A stretch of 63,757 nucleotides of DNA, filler included. It is 6 parts of 6 records of this genome, joined end to end, with 100 filler letters (N's around TTAATTAATTAA, not from the genome) between each part and the next. Parts side by side here need not be neighbours in the genome. Positions count along the whole stretch, not along the records: positions 1 to 13,711 come from SRR20825010_1495; positions 13,812 to 21,942 come from SRR20825010_1497; 4 more parts are not named here. One strand, given 5' to 3'. The notes under the pieces were generated by a model, which ran no database searches, was not told where the DNA came from, and saw only the letters and a program-made list of their open reading frames with translations. Positions 7,833 through 18,140 of the stretch are shown in pieces; the first letter of the stretch is position 1; each line of letters opens with the position of its first letter. The position numbers and the translations under genes were made by a program.

Positions 7833-10259
7833 TTAATAATTCACATACACCCATCCTATAAAAGCTTTAGGATATTTAGGGTCATTTAAAACTAAAACAT
7901 AATAATAGGTACCAACAGGAATAGTCTTTCCTTTAAAAATGAGTCCTTGTGTCGCCGTTCCATCCCAAAACCCATCTGAATTATGTGCTGTGTGAATTAA
8001 ATTTCCGTCGCGAGTGAAGATTTTAAGCTCAAAATTTTCATAAATATTAAGCAGGTTGCTAATTTCAAATTCATCATTTATTCCGTCGTTATTAGGTGAA
8101 AAACCTTGTGGAATAAAAGGCGCACAGTTTTCGGTAGTTAATAAAAACGAAGCTGTAGCAAAACAAATTTCATTTTCTAGTCGCACATAAATAGTTTGCG
8201 GGTCGCTTGTGTTTTTATAATCACTTGGGGTACTAATTGGATTGGTATTCTCCAAAGCATTTTCCATAGAAGTGTAATAATTGATAATGTCTTCTTGTCC
8301 GGTACGTATTAATTTATCTTGTGTTGTAATATCAAAAATGGCAGTATCAAAACCAGTATCGCATTCCAAAAGATTTGGTAAATCTGGAATGGGAGGGATG
8401 CTCTTAAAATTGATAGCTTGCGAAAAAGTATTATTATTTTCAAGTAATTCTTCAACCGCGCCATTACCATTTCCATCATCATCTACAACTGCGGTAATTG
8501 TAAAAATATCGGGTAGATTTTTGGGAAGTAGAAGTGTTATTGCACCATTTTCACTACTGCCAATCGCTATTGATTGCTGCGTATGCGCTATTCCTAATAA
8601 TTGGCCATCTGTATAAAATGCTATCGAAACATTTGCGGGCAATGGTGCTGTGGCATCTAAATTATATATAATGAATGGTAACATTAACTCACGATTTCTA
8701 CAAGCAGTAACCTCAGGAATTACAATTGTAGCATCGGGTAAAGGGCAAGTTATTACTTCCACAGTAAAAGAAGCAATAAGAAAACAATCTGGGTTTGCTA
8801 CGCGGATATGTATGGTCTGTGGATTTTCGGTATTTTGAAAATTTTCAGGGTTTAAAATAGGGTTTTGATTGTTTTGTGCATCCGTTTCAGATAGGTGAAA
8901 ACTTAGGCTGTAAATGGGATCTATTTCTGAAGTAGCTTCAGTGAGGTTAAAAAATTCTTCACCAATCACATCGCAGGTTTTTAGGTTTTTTAAACCTGAA
9001 ATTATTGGATTTATTAATAATTGAATCGGTGTTTCAGCTTCGTTGTTTTCTTCATTAGTTTCTTTAACGATGCCTGTACCGTCTCCAATGTCATCAACAG
9101 CGATTTTCAGAATAAAATTAGTGTTTATGGTATTGGGAACTGTAAATGTTATACTACCCGTTTCTTGTCCGTCAATAGGAATAATCGTCACGGTAGCGCT
9201 TTGTGCGATAAGGGTTTGGTCTGCATAAAAAGCAATAGGGGTGTTTGCAGGAAGCTCATCGGTTGAGTTTACATTATAAACCGTATAGTCTATTTTTAGC
9301 TCTCGGTTGCCGCATTCCATATTACCAATCACATTGTCTATGGTAATGGTAGCGTCTGGTAATTCAGTATTTAGAACAGTAATAATATTGTTTACCATCA
9401 CAAAATCCTGTTCGCTAGTAAGCTGTATAGTCGCCGAAGTATCGCCAGGATTTATATAATTTGAAATAGGATAAAAATCAATATCCATATTATAAAGCGC
9501 ATTGCTTCCTGTAAAGCTATTGGTGCCATTAAAAGCATTATCTGAAGGGTTTAGCGGCGGATTACTTAAAATATTTCCGTTAATACGAAGTGTTTCGTTT
9601 ATAGCCAAACCACTATCTCCTTCCCAAGCAAGGAAACCTATTTTTGCACCTTGAGTATCACGAACTAATAGATTGTTTAAAACAATTTCTAAGGTTGTAT
9701 TGGTTCTTGAAACACTCTCAAGGCCGTCAAAAACATTCACTTGGTTTAAGGGTAATGTGGCGTCTTCATAAACAACCGTAACCGCCCAACCACCAAAATT
9801 AGTGCCTGAACCTGGTGGATTACAATAGGTGGGAATTACTTGGGTTAAGTCTAATTCAGAAAGTGTGTAGGTGCCATTTCCAGTGGCTTTTATTTGCTCT
9901 GTAACTTCTGCAAATGCTGAAAAATAGATATAGTCAGTACCATTTGAAGTATATGTTTCATTAAAAATACGTGCTGCGGTAATGGGAACTTGATTGAATT
10001 CTACATTGAAATCTCCCGAGCCAGAACCAGCCCAATACAAATAGGCAGCAACTACTTCTTGATTTGGTTGCAGTTGAAAATTTGCACTACTGCTGGTAAG
10101 GATAAAACACTGTCCTCCTGAGCCATTTTCTTCCACATTTAGCGTGTTCCCAAATGCGGTATAATCATAATGACCATTAAGCTGCGTATACAGCGAAATA
10201 TCCTGTGAGTAGCCTACAGTGAAAAACAGTAAAAAAAGTATTGAAAAATATAGTTTCAA
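7833..10259 (-). CDS. T9SS type B (gliding motility-associated C-terminal domain) secreted protein with duplicated CARDB-like modules
   Basis: Signal peptide; C-terminal IPQGFSPNNDGIND.F.I...IF.R.G....WDG...GTYYY; two LPDATI...PAN..IAFY.D...VDD.G.G...E..E.NN repeats. Confidence 0.88.
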   Translation of the reverse strand: MKLYFSILFLLFFTVGYSQDISLYTQLNGHYDYTAFGNTLNVEENGSGGQCFILTSSSANFQLQPNQEVVAAYLYWAGSGSGDFNVEFNQVPITAARIFNETYTSNGTDYIYFSAFAEVTEQIKATGNGTYTLSELDLTQVIPTYCNPPGSGTNFGGWAVTVVYEDATLPLNQVNVFDGLESVSRTNTTLEIVLNNLLVRDTQGAKIGFLAWEGDSGLAINETLRINGNILSNPPLNPSDNAFNGTNSFTGSNALYNMDIDFYPISNYINPGDTSATIQLTSEQDFVMVNNIITVLNTELPDATITIDNVIGNMECGNRELKIDYTVYNVNSTDELPANTPIAFYADQTLIAQSATVTIIPIDGQETGSITFTVPNTINTNFILKIAVDDIGDGTGIVKETNEENNEAETPIQLLINPIISGLKNLKTCDVIGEEFFNLTEATSEIDPIYSLSFHLSETDAQNNQNPILNPENFQNTENPQTIHIRVANPDCFLIASFTVEVITCPLPDATIVIPEVTACRNRELMLPFIIYNLDATAPLPANVSIAFYTDGQLLGIAHTQQSIAIGSSENGAITLLLPKNLPDIFTITAVVDDDGNGNGAVEELLENNNTFSQAINFKSIPPIPDLPNLLECDTGFDTAIFDITTQDKLIRTGQEDIINYYTSMENALENTNPISTPSDYKNTSDPQTIYVRLENEICFATASFLLTTENCAPFIPQGFSPNNDGINDEFEISNLLNIYENFELKIFTRDGNLIHTAHNSDGFWDGTATQGLIFKGKTIPVGTYYYVLVLNDPKYPKAFIGWVYVNY

Positions 10260-10318
10260 GGAAATTACAATGATTTATTGCTAAATATAGACAAAAAATC
10301 GTGGGTAATTAGGGTTTT

Positions 10319-11155
10319 CTATAGGTCTCTTTTTTTCAAAATAGCATAAGACCAGTATACGAAAAGCGCTGTCCAAACAAGAACAATTATAATATTTAAG
10401 ATAGTAACATCATATTCTTTATTAAAGTTTTCTCCTAATTGATTAGCGGCAGATTGTATAGCCCCCAAACGACTTACAGGCTCTTTTATAAGGTTTGCCA
10501 TTGCATTAAGCGGGAAGAATTGCGCAACTGTATCTGAAATAGTAGTGTCTTTAAAAAACTGCCATTTCATTAAACCATAAAGCAACCATTCTACAATTTG
10601 CCAAACAATCAAAAAGCCAAGTGCGAAAGCAGAACGTTTAACCAAAACTCCTAGAAATAAACAAAAGGAGAAAAAAGCGACTAGCTTTATAAAATAGGCG
10701 CCTATGTATTCCATATCGCTGAAAATAATTCCTATCTCATTATAATCTGAAAAAGAAATTCCTAAAATTAAGGAAACCAAAAAGATGAATATAGTAGATA
10801 AACCTGCAAAAAGTAAGACAGTTAAAAACTTTGAAAGCACAAATTCCTTCTTGCTAAGACCATCAATTAAATTTTGCTTAAGCGTGCGATAACTGTATTC
10901 ATTACTCATCATTGAAACAATCACTATTGCCAGAAACAATTTTAAAATTGCCGCGAAATAAGTGTTGAAATGCCAAATAAATGGAAAGTTGAATATCCCT
11001 TGATCTGCTACACGAAAATGAAAATCACCGAAATTGAATTCAATAGAAGCTATTAATGCAATAAATGTGATAAGTACAAAATAAATAATTGAAATAACCT
11101 TAGCTGCACGGTTATATCGCAATTTTTGAAGTTCTATATTTAATAATCGAAGCAT
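10319..11155 (-). CDS. ABC transporter permease (ABC-2 type)
   Basis: Multiple TM helices, EYSYRTLKQNLIDG, C-terminal KKRDL; follows the ATPase gene. Confidence 0.88.
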   Translation of the reverse strand: MLRLLNIELQKLRYNRAAKVISIIYFVLITFIALIASIEFNFGDFHFRVADQGIFNFPFIWHFNTYFAAILKLFLAIVIVSMMSNEYSYRTLKQNLIDGLSKKEFVLSKFLTVLLFAGLSTIFIFLVSLILGISFSDYNEIGIIFSDMEYIGAYFIKLVAFFSFCLFLGVLVKRSAFALGFLIVWQIVEWLLYGLMKWQFFKDTTISDTVAQFFPLNAMANLIKEPVSRLGAIQSAANQLGENFNKEYDVTILNIIIVLVWTALFVYWSYAILKKRDL

Positions 11156-11160
11156 TGTGG

Positions 11161-12057
11161 TTAGTTTTGTTTGGTAAGTTCAAGAAATTGTTCTTCAAGG
11201 CTTTCCTTGCGTTTTACAAGGTGTGAAAGTGTAATGCCTTTTTCAAAAAGAAGTTTATTTACTTCAGAAGCGTCCAAAGGTTCGTTGAGGTAAGCGATTA
11301 AATAATCGCCTTCACGCTTTGTTTTGCCAAAAGCAGGATTTCCTTCCAAAGTATTCTGAAGGATTTCCATATTGTTGCTTTGCATGGTAAGAAACCCATG
11401 GCTGGCGTTCATTCCGTCCACACTGCCAGCATAGAGGCTTACTCCTTTCCGAAGAATAACCACGTGGCTACAAACTTTTTCAACTTCATCTAGTAAATGT
11501 GAAGCAAGTAAAATAGTGGTTCCTTGGGAGGCAATTTTCTTTATTATTTCACGAATTTGATGAATTCCTTGTGGGTCGAGACCGTTTGTAGGTTCATCAA
11601 GAATTAGTATTTCTGGATCATTTAACAGTGCTGAAGCAATAGCCAAGCGTTGTTTCATTCCCAATGAAAAAGTACTGAATTTGCTGTCTTTTCTATCTTC
11701 TAATCCTACAAGTTGTAATTTTTCAACAATCTTTTCATCCGAAACATCTTTGATTTTACATACAAGTTGTAGGTTTTGAGCAGCCGTCATATATGGGTAA
11801 AAATTTGGGCGTTCTATAATCGCTCCCACTTTTTTTAGTGCATCATGAGTAGATGTATAACCATCAAACCATTGAAATTCGCCAGAAGTTTTATTAACTA
11901 CGTTTAGAACGATGCCTAAAGTGGTGCTTTTACCGCTACCGTTGGGGCCAAGAATACCATAAACGTTGCCTTTTTCAATAGTAAATGAAAGATTGTTAAC
12001 GGCAGTTATAGCGCCAAAATTCTTGCTTAGGTTTTGTATGTTTAGAATAGTATTCAC
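11161..12057 (-). CDS. ABC transporter ATP-binding protein (BcrA-like)
   Basis: GPNGSGKST, FSLGMKQRL, ILDEPTNGLD, SHLL; GTG start at 12057. Confidence 0.93.
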   Translation of the reverse strand: MNTILNIQNLSKNFGAITAVNNLSFTIEKGNVYGILGPNGSGKSTTLGIVLNVVNKTSGEFQWFDGYTSTHDALKKVGAIIERPNFYPYMTAAQNLQLVCKIKDVSDEKIVEKLQLVGLEDRKDSKFSTFSLGMKQRLAIASALLNDPEILILDEPTNGLDPQGIHQIREIIKKIASQGTTILLASHLLDEVEKVCSHVVILRKGVSLYAGSVDGMNASHGFLTMQSNNMEILQNTLEGNPAFGKTKREGDYLIAYLNEPLDASEVNKLLFEKGITLSHLVKRKESLEEQFLELTKQN

Positions 12058-12084
12058 AGTTATTTTTTGGTGATTGTTTTTAAT

Positions 12085-12112
12085 ATGACGAACGGGTAGG
12101 GGAATTGTTACA
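12085..12112 (-). promoter_or_regulatory. Putative ECF-sigma promoter TGTAAC-N16-CGTCAT for the ABC operon
   Basis: Minus strand reads TGTAACAATTCCCCTACCCGTTCGTCAT; same geometry as the element at 5184. Confidence 0.6.
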
Positions 12113-12212
12113 ATAAATAGTAGTGAGTATTTAGAGGTGTGTCTGTAAAAAAAAAATAACAAAGTATTAATTCCTATGCTTTGTTATAGTAATATTTTGG
12201 TTTGTATTTTAT

Positions 12213-12220
12213 TACCTTTG
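12213..12220 (+). promoter_or_regulatory. Bacteroidetes -7 element (TACCTTTG) upstream of the PPIase gene
   Basis: Exact TAnnTTTG 22 nt upstream of the ATG. Confidence 0.6.
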
Positions 12221-12242
12221 CACCTCATTTAAAAAAAACACA

Positions 12243-13175
12243 ATGCAAGACGGAATTTACGCAAAAATAACAACCGAGCAAGGAGAGATTCTTATAAAAC
12301 TGACGTACGATAAAACGCCAGGAACAGTTGGGAATTTTGTAGCACTAGCTGAAGGAAATTTAGAAAATTCGGCAAAACCACAAGGAACTCCATATTATGA
12401 CGGGTTGAAATTTCACAGGGTAATCCCAGATTTTATGGTTCAAGGTGGAGATCCAAATGGAACAGGTTCTGGTGGTCCTGGATATGATTTTGAAGATGAA
12501 TTTCACAAAGATTTACGTCATGATTCTCCTGGAGTATTGTCTATGGCAAACTCAGGCCCTGCAAGTAATGGAAGTCAGTTTTTTATCACACATGTGGCAA
12601 CGCCATGGTTAGATGATAAGCATACTGTATTTGGAAATGTTGTTGAAGGACAGGAAGTTGTAGACAGTGTGGCGCAAGGACATACCATGCAAAAAGTTGA
12701 AATAATTCGAGTTGGTGAAGAAGCTAAAAAATGGAATGCTGTAGAAGCTTTTAGAAGTTTTACTGGCGAAAGAGAAGCTCGTATTGAAAAAATGAAGCAG
12801 CAGGAAGCTGATGCAATCAAAAAAGTTTCTGAGGGATTTGATAAAACAAATAGCGGACTTTTATATAAGATAATTCAGAAAGGAAGTGGTGCAAAAGCAG
12901 CAAAAGGAAAAACAGTTTCTGTGCATTATAAAGGTGCTTTAATTGATGGAACTGAATTTGACTCTTCCTATAAAAGAAAACAGCCAATTGATTTTCAATT
13001 AGGCGTTGGACAAGTAATTTCTGGTTGGGACGAAGGGATTCAATTATTACAAATAGGCGATAAGGCTCGTTTTGTAATTCCTTCACACCTTGCATACGGT
13101 GAGCGTGGTGCTGGCGGTGTAATTCCACCAAGTGCTACTCTTATTTTTGATGTAGAATTGATGGATGTAAAATAA
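12243..13175 (+). CDS. Peptidyl-prolyl isomerase, cyclophilin + FKBP fusion
   Basis: N-terminal [15 protein letters not shown]...SMANSG...[17 protein letters not shown] (cyclophilin); C-terminal VSVHYKG.L.DG.EFDSS...VISGWDEG...[17 protein letters not shown] (FKBP). Confidence 0.95.
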   Translation: MQDGIYAKITTEQGEILIKLTYDKTPGTVGNFVALAEGNLENSAKPQGTPYYDGLKFHRVIPDFMVQGGDPNGTGSGGPGYDFEDEFHKDLRHDSPGVLSMANSGPASNGSQFFITHVATPWLDDKHTVFGNVVEGQEVVDSVAQGHTMQKVEIIRVGEEAKKWNAVEAFRSFTGEREARIEKMKQQEADAIKKVSEGFDKTNSGLLYKIIQKGSGAKAAKGKTVSVHYKGALIDGTEFDSSYKRKQPIDFQLGVGQVISGWDEGIQLLQIGDKARFVIPSHLAYGERGAGGVIPPSATLIFDVELMDVK

Positions 13176-13196
13176 AATTAGAAAGTTTTAATAAAG

Positions 13197-13232
13197 AAAA
13201 ATGCGTCCAGTTTATGGACGCATTTTTTTTTT
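13197..13232. terminator. Bidirectional intrinsic terminator
   Basis: AAAAATGCGTCCA-GTTTA-TGGACGCATTTTTTTTTT between convergent genes. Confidence 0.85.
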
Positions 13233-13241
13233 GAATCAATA

Positions 13242-13711
13242 TTATTTTACAATCAGTTTTTGTGTAGCAAGTACTTTCCCGTTATCGTATATTTTAACGA
13301 AGTAAATTCCCGAAGGATAGTTATTCACATCAAAAATTAGTACGTTGTGTGGAGTTTTAATAGATCTTTTAATAATTTGTTTACCAGAGATATCCAGAAT
13401 TTCATAACCATTCATCATGCTTGAGGCACTTTTTATAGTTACTTCACCATTTGAAGGATTCGGGTAAATAGTAATCGTTTTATCAGTTTCTATATTTTGA
13501 ATCCCTAATGTAGCATTGTACTGATTTTGAAGTTCGTCGATGGGTTCAAAAATTGTATTGGAAATCCATACATTTATATCTAAAGAAAGGTTTCCGTGAG
13601 TGCTATTTGTATCGTCAGGTTGGGCAACTCTAATAAATGCTGATGCTGAACTAACGCCGTCACTAAGGCATCTAGCGTCTGCTCCTGGACGTTTAGCACC
13701 TTGTAATGCAG
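13242..13711 (-). CDS. C-terminal fragment of a T9SS type A sorting-domain protein (5' truncated by contig end)
   Basis: Manual translation: IYPNPSNGEVTIK...ILDISGKQI...YPSGIYFVKIYDNGKVLATQKLIVK*. Confidence 0.85.
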
Positions 13712-13811
13712 NNNNNNNNNNNNNNNNNNNNNNNNNNNNNNNNNNNNNNNNNNNNTTAATTAATTAANNNNNNNNNNNNNNNNNNNNNNNNNNNNNNNNN
13801 NNNNNNNNNNN
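13712..13811. other. Artificial contig spacer (N run with TTAATTAATTAA)
   Basis: 100-nt N block with a six-frame stop linker; sharp GC shift across it. Confidence 0.98.
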
Positions 13812-13812
13812 C

Positions 13813-14520
13813 AACGAAGAAACCGTCAACTACGAAATCTCACGTACGACCAAAACGGAAGTTCTGGAGCCTGGCCGCGTTAAGCGCCTGTCCGTTGCCG
13901 TTCTGGTTGATGGGAATTACTCAAAAGGTGCAGATGGCACAGTTGCCTACGCCCCGCGTTCAGCCGAGGAAATTTCAAAAATCGAGGCTCTTGTCAAATC
14001 GGCTATCGGTTTTGACGATAGCCGTGGCGACCAGTTGCAGGTTGTCAATCTACAGTTTGCTGCACCTATCGAAGTTGATATGGGCGAACCTGCGGCAGAA
14101 CCTTTTCTCGGCCTGACCAAGGCTGACTATATGCGCATCAGCGAATTCGCTGTGTTGGCCGTCCTCGCTTTGATTGCCATGTTCTTTGTCTTCCGCCCCA
14201 TGTTGTCGCGTCTGGCAACAGCTGGTCGCGGCGGCATTTCCATGGCCAGCGGTAACGGCAATGCACAGATATCAGGCGCACATGCTGGCGGCAGTGCCGG
14301 CGCTCTCCCTGCTCCCGAAGGACAGGAGGAACTTGACGAAGTCTCCGCTGCTCTTATCGGCAAAATGGACCAACGCGTCGGCGAAGACGGCATGATCGAC
14401 ATCGCCCAAGTTGCCGGCAAAGTGAAGGGTTCATCTGTCCGCAAGATTGGCGAACTCGTTGCTGTCCATCCCGACGAATCCATTTCCATTCTACGCAGCT
14501 GGCTGCACGAAGCCGTTTAA
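13813..14520 (+). CDS. fliF: Flagellar M-ring protein FliF, C-terminal part (5' truncated)
   Basis: Frame open from contig start: NEETVNYEISRTTKTEV.EPG.VKRLSVAVLVDG...SAIGFDDSRGDQ.QVVNLQF; ends HPDESISILRSWL. Confidence 0.93.
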   Translation, partial: NEETVNYEISRTTKTEVLEPGRVKRLSVAVLVDGNYSKGADGTVAYAPRSAEEISKIEALVKSAIGFDDSRGDQLQVVNLQFAAPIEVDMGEPAAEPFLGLTKADYMRISEFAVLAVLALIAMFFVFRPMLSRLATAGRGGISMASGNGNAQISGAHAGGSAGALPAPEGQEELDEVSAALIGKMDQRVGEDGMIDIAQVAGKVKGSSVRKIGELVAVHPDESISILRSWLHEAV

Positions 14521-14531
14521 GGAACTGAACC

Positions 14532-15557
14532 GTGGCAACCGCACCAAAGAAAATCGACGAAAAGAGCATTTCCGGGCCTCAAAAAGCGGCAATCTTCATG
14601 CTCGCGCTTGGCGCCGACGACGCATCTTCCCTTTGGGAAATGCTGGACGATGACGAGATCCGTGAAATGTCCCAGATCATGTCAACGCTTGGAACAGTGC
14701 ATGCGGGCACCGTTGAAAAACTTCTGGTCGAATTCGCATCCAAAATGTCGGGCACCGGCGCATTGGTCGGTTCCTATGAGTCCACAGAACGTCTCCTGTC
14801 GAAATTTCTTTCAGAAGATCGCGTCAATTCAGTCATGGACGAAATCCGTGGCCCGGCCGGTCGCACGATGTGGGAAAAGCTGGCCAATGTGAACGAGCAG
14901 GTGCTCGCGAGCTATCTGAAAAATGAATACCCCCAGACCGTCGCCGTGGTGTTGTCAAAAATTCGTCCCGACCATGCCGCACGTGTCCTGCCCTATCTAC
15001 CGGAAGACTTCGCTCTGGAAGTTGTCACCCGCATGCTGCGTATGGAAACTGTGCAGAAGGAAATCCTCGACAAGGTCGAGCAGACACTCCGCGCCGAATT
15101 CATGTCGAACCTCTCGCGCACCAACCGCCGCGACAGCCACGAACTCATGGCCGAGATTTTCAACAATTTCGACCGGCAGACCGAGGGGCGTTTCCTCGCT
15201 GCACTGGAAGAACGTTCCCGTGATAGCGCAGAAAAAATCAAGGCGCTGATGTTCACATTCGAAGACCTCGCCAAACTCGACCCCGGCTCAGTTCAAACCC
15301 TGCTGCGTGCCATTGATAAGAACAAGCTTGGCATCGCCCTCAAGGGTTCGTCAGACACAATGCGCGATCTCTTCTTTGCGAACATGTCCGAGCGCGCCGC
15401 AAAAATTCTCCGCGAAGACATGGAGCTTATGGGCCCAGTCCGTCTCAAAGATGTCGATGAGGCCCAGATGACAATGGTCAATATCGCCAAGGATCTGGCG
15501 CAGAAGGGCGAGATCATGATCTCCGCCAATAATGAAGAAGACGAACTTATCTACTAA
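14532..15557 (+). CDS. fliG: Flagellar motor switch protein FliG
   Basis: [47 protein letters not shown]. Confidence 0.96.
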   Translation: MATAPKKIDEKSISGPQKAAIFMLALGADDASSLWEMLDDDEIREMSQIMSTLGTVHAGTVEKLLVEFASKMSGTGALVGSYESTERLLSKFLSEDRVNSVMDEIRGPAGRTMWEKLANVNEQVLASYLKNEYPQTVAVVLSKIRPDHAARVLPYLPEDFALEVVTRMLRMETVQKEILDKVEQTLRAEFMSNLSRTNRRDSHELMAEIFNNFDRQTEGRFLAALEERSRDSAEKIKALMFTFEDLAKLDPGSVQTLLRAIDKNKLGIALKGSSDTMRDLFFANMSERAAKILREDMELMGPVRLKDVDEAQMTMVNIAKDLAQKGEIMISANNEEDELIY

Positions 15558-15592
15558 TCCAACAAACCCGCATATTTGGGCAGCAAGTGTAA

Positions 15593-16282
15593 ATGACTAT
15601 GAAGCAGGCAGTTAAATTCACCTTCGATACGCGGTTCGACGATGGCATCGAGCCGTCGCAGACCAAGCGTACGCAGGCAAAGCCGAGCTTCACGGAAGAA
15701 GACTTGGCAAATGCTCGCGCGGAAGGGCATGCCGCCGGATTTACAGAAGGTCAGTCAGATGCCCGCGCCACCGCAGACGCTGAAATCGCCTCAGCAATGG
15801 AACATTTCGCCGCCAATGCCAGCAGCCTGCTCGCCGCCCTTCAGGCAGAGAGCGCTTCGATCCGCGCCGAGGCCGCATCACTTGCCATAGTTGCGGCACG
15901 CAAACTCGCACCGGCTCTCATCGCAACGCGTCCCCGTGTCGAAATTGAAGCAGTCCTTCGTGACTGCCTCACCCATCTGAACCGTGAACCGCATATTGTA
16001 TTGCGCGTATCCGAAAAGCTGGTTGATCAGCTGAAAGAAGTAGTTGATCGCATGGCAATGGAACGTGGCCTCAGCGGACGCATCATCCTTCTCGGTCAAC
16101 CCGACATTACAGAAGGTGATTGCACTGTCGAATGGGCCGACGGCGGCGTCATTCGCTCCCGCGAAGAAATCGAAACCGAATTGACCGAAATTGTTGAGCG
16201 CTACATTGCAACGCTCGATGCCCCCAAATCAGACACGAACCGCCTCGCCATGTCCGAGACGCGCCAGTCCAACACGAACTAG
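15593..16282 (+). CDS. fliH: Flagellar assembly protein FliH
   Basis: KFTFDTRF, ARAEG.AAGF.EG, GDC.VEWADGG; between fliG and fliN. Confidence 0.88.
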   Translation: MTMKQAVKFTFDTRFDDGIEPSQTKRTQAKPSFTEEDLANARAEGHAAGFTEGQSDARATADAEIASAMEHFAANASSLLAALQAESASIRAEAASLAIVAARKLAPALIATRPRVEIEAVLRDCLTHLNREPHIVLRVSEKLVDQLKEVVDRMAMERGLSGRIILLGQPDITEGDCTVEWADGGVIRSREEIETELTEIVERYIATLDAPKSDTNRLAMSETRQSNTN

Positions 16283-16292
16283 GAGTTGAGCC

Positions 16293-16652
16293 ATGTCAGA
16301 CCAGGACGACGAAATCAACCTGCCCGACCTTTCAAGCGCTGAACCGCTCGGAACCATTGAGAACGGAGTCGATGAACACGAGGACGACACCGAAAGCGTG
16401 CGCATGGCGCAGGATCTTGAAGCAGTCTTCGACGTGCCGGTGAATGTCTCCGCCGTCCTCGGCAAGACACATATCGAAGTGTCAAACCTGCTGAAGCTTG
16501 GTCGCGGTACGATTGTGGAACTGGACCGCAAGGTCGGCGAAGCCATCGACATCTATGTGAATGACCGCCTCGTCGCACGTGGCGAAGTCGTCGTGGTGGA
16601 CGAGCGCCTCGGCGTCACCATGACAGAAATCATTAAAGGCGGCATCAACTAA
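16293..16652 (+). CDS. fliN: Flagellar motor switch protein FliN
   Basis: DVPV.VSAVLG, LDRKVGEAIDIYVN.RLVARGEVVVV..RLGVTMTEII. Confidence 0.96.
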   Translation: MSDQDDEINLPDLSSAEPLGTIENGVDEHEDDTESVRMAQDLEAVFDVPVNVSAVLGKTHIEVSNLLKLGRGTIVELDRKVGEAIDIYVNDRLVARGEVVVVDERLGVTMTEIIKGGIN

Positions 16653-16727
16653 ACCTGCCGTCCAAACACTATGCCTTTGCATCTTTAGTATTGTCGCCAA
16701 GTTAGAAAAGAAAGAGGAGTGTCGCAT

Positions 16728-18098
16728 ATGCGCCTTCTGATCGTCGGAACCCTGAACGGCCAGCTCTCCACCGCCACAAAAATGGCAATGGCCAAAGGCG
16801 CCAAGGTCATCCACACCGAAACCGTGGAACAGGCTATCGAGACATTGCGTTCCGGTCGCGGTGCAGACCTTCTCATGGTCGATGTCCGTTGCGACATCGA
16901 GCTGATGATCGCCAGTCTGGCGGCTGAACATATTTGCGTGCCAGTTGTCGCATGCGGCGTAGAAACAGACGCCCGTGCCGCCGTCAATGCAATCCGCTCC
17001 GGCGCCAAGGAATATATCCCCCTGCCGCCCGATGCCGAGCTCATCGCCGCTGTCCTGGCAGCAGTTGCAGATGACGGACATTCCTTCATTTTCAAAGATC
17101 CGAAAATGTCGGAAATGATCCGCCTTGCAGATCAGGTTGCGCCATCCGACGCGTCGATCCTCATCACAGGCGAAAGCGGCTCAGGCAAAGAAGTCATGGC
17201 GCGCTACCTGCACCGCAAGTCATTGCGCAAAGACAAGCCCTTCATCTCGGTCAACTGTGCGGCCATTCCGGAAAATCTTCTCGAATCTGAACTTTTCGGT
17301 CACGAAAAAGGTGCGTTCACAGGCGCCGTTGCCCGCCGTATCGGCAAATTCGAAGAAGCCGATGGTGGCACGCTTCTACTCGACGAAATCAGCGAAATGG
17401 ATCTGCGTCTTCAGGCCAAATTGCTCCGCGCTATTCAGGAACGTGAGATCGATCGCGTCGGCGGCAAAGCCCCCGTCAAGGTCAATATCCGAATTCTTGC
17501 AACATCGAACCGTGATCTACAAGGCGATGCGCGCGCCGGACGTTTCCGTGAAGATCTCTATTACCGTCTGAACGTGGTCAATCTGAACTTGCCACCTCTG
17601 CGCGAACGTCCTGCCGACATTCTGGCTCTAGCCGATCATTTTGCCGAACGTTATGCCCGTGCAAACGGCATCGCGTCCAAGCCGATATCGGTCGATGCCC
17701 GCCGTTTCCTCGCCCGTCACCACTGGACAGGCAACGTGCGTGAACTGGAAAACACAATGCACCGTGCTGTGTTGCTAACAACTGGTGCAGAAATCGACGT
17801 GGAGGCCATTCGCCTTCCCGATGGCAGTCGCCATGAAGAATCCACAACACACGGTGTTGCACAGAAAGCGGCAGCAGCGGCAGATGCGGTCACGCGCAAC
17901 TTCGTTGGGCGCACTGTATCCGAGGTCGAGCAGGATCTCATCATTAAGACGCTCGACCATTGCCTCGGCAATCGCACCCATGCCGCAAATATCCTCGGCA
18001 TTTCCATTCGCACCTTGCGCAACAAACTCAAGGAATATGGCGAAGCCGGTGTGTCGGTTCCCATGCCTGGTGGCGAGCAGCGCGTTTCTTTCGGTTAA
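16728..18098 (+). CDS. flbD: Sigma54-dependent flagellar response regulator FlbD
   Basis: Receiver domain, GESGSGKE, GAFTGA, DEISEM, W.GNVRELEN, Fis-type HTH; Caulobacter-like position after fliN; GAGGAG RBS before ATG 16728. Confidence 0.9.
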   Translation: MRLLIVGTLNGQLSTATKMAMAKGAKVIHTETVEQAIETLRSGRGADLLMVDVRCDIELMIASLAAEHICVPVVACGVETDARAAVNAIRSGAKEYIPLPPDAELIAAVLAAVADDGHSFIFKDPKMSEMIRLADQVAPSDASILITGESGSGKEVMARYLHRKSLRKDKPFISVNCAAIPENLLESELFGHEKGAFTGAVARRIGKFEEADGGTLLLDEISEMDLRLQAKLLRAIQEREIDRVGGKAPVKVNIRILATSNRDLQGDARAGRFREDLYYRLNVVNLNLPPLRERPADILALADHFAERYARANGIASKPISVDARRFLARHHWTGNVRELENTMHRAVLLTTGAEIDVEAIRLPDGSRHEESTTHGVAQKAAAAADAVTRNFVGRTVSEVEQDLIIKTLDHCLGNRTHAANILGISIRTLRNKLKEYGEAGVSVPMPGGEQRVSFG

Positions 18099-18140
18099 TC
18101 GCACTAAAAACAACAAACACACGATCAGGGAACAGCGCGC

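Noticed and set aside
13756-13767. TTAATTAATTAA motif recurring five times
   Set aside because: Always embedded in N runs; an artificial linker, not a biological repeat.
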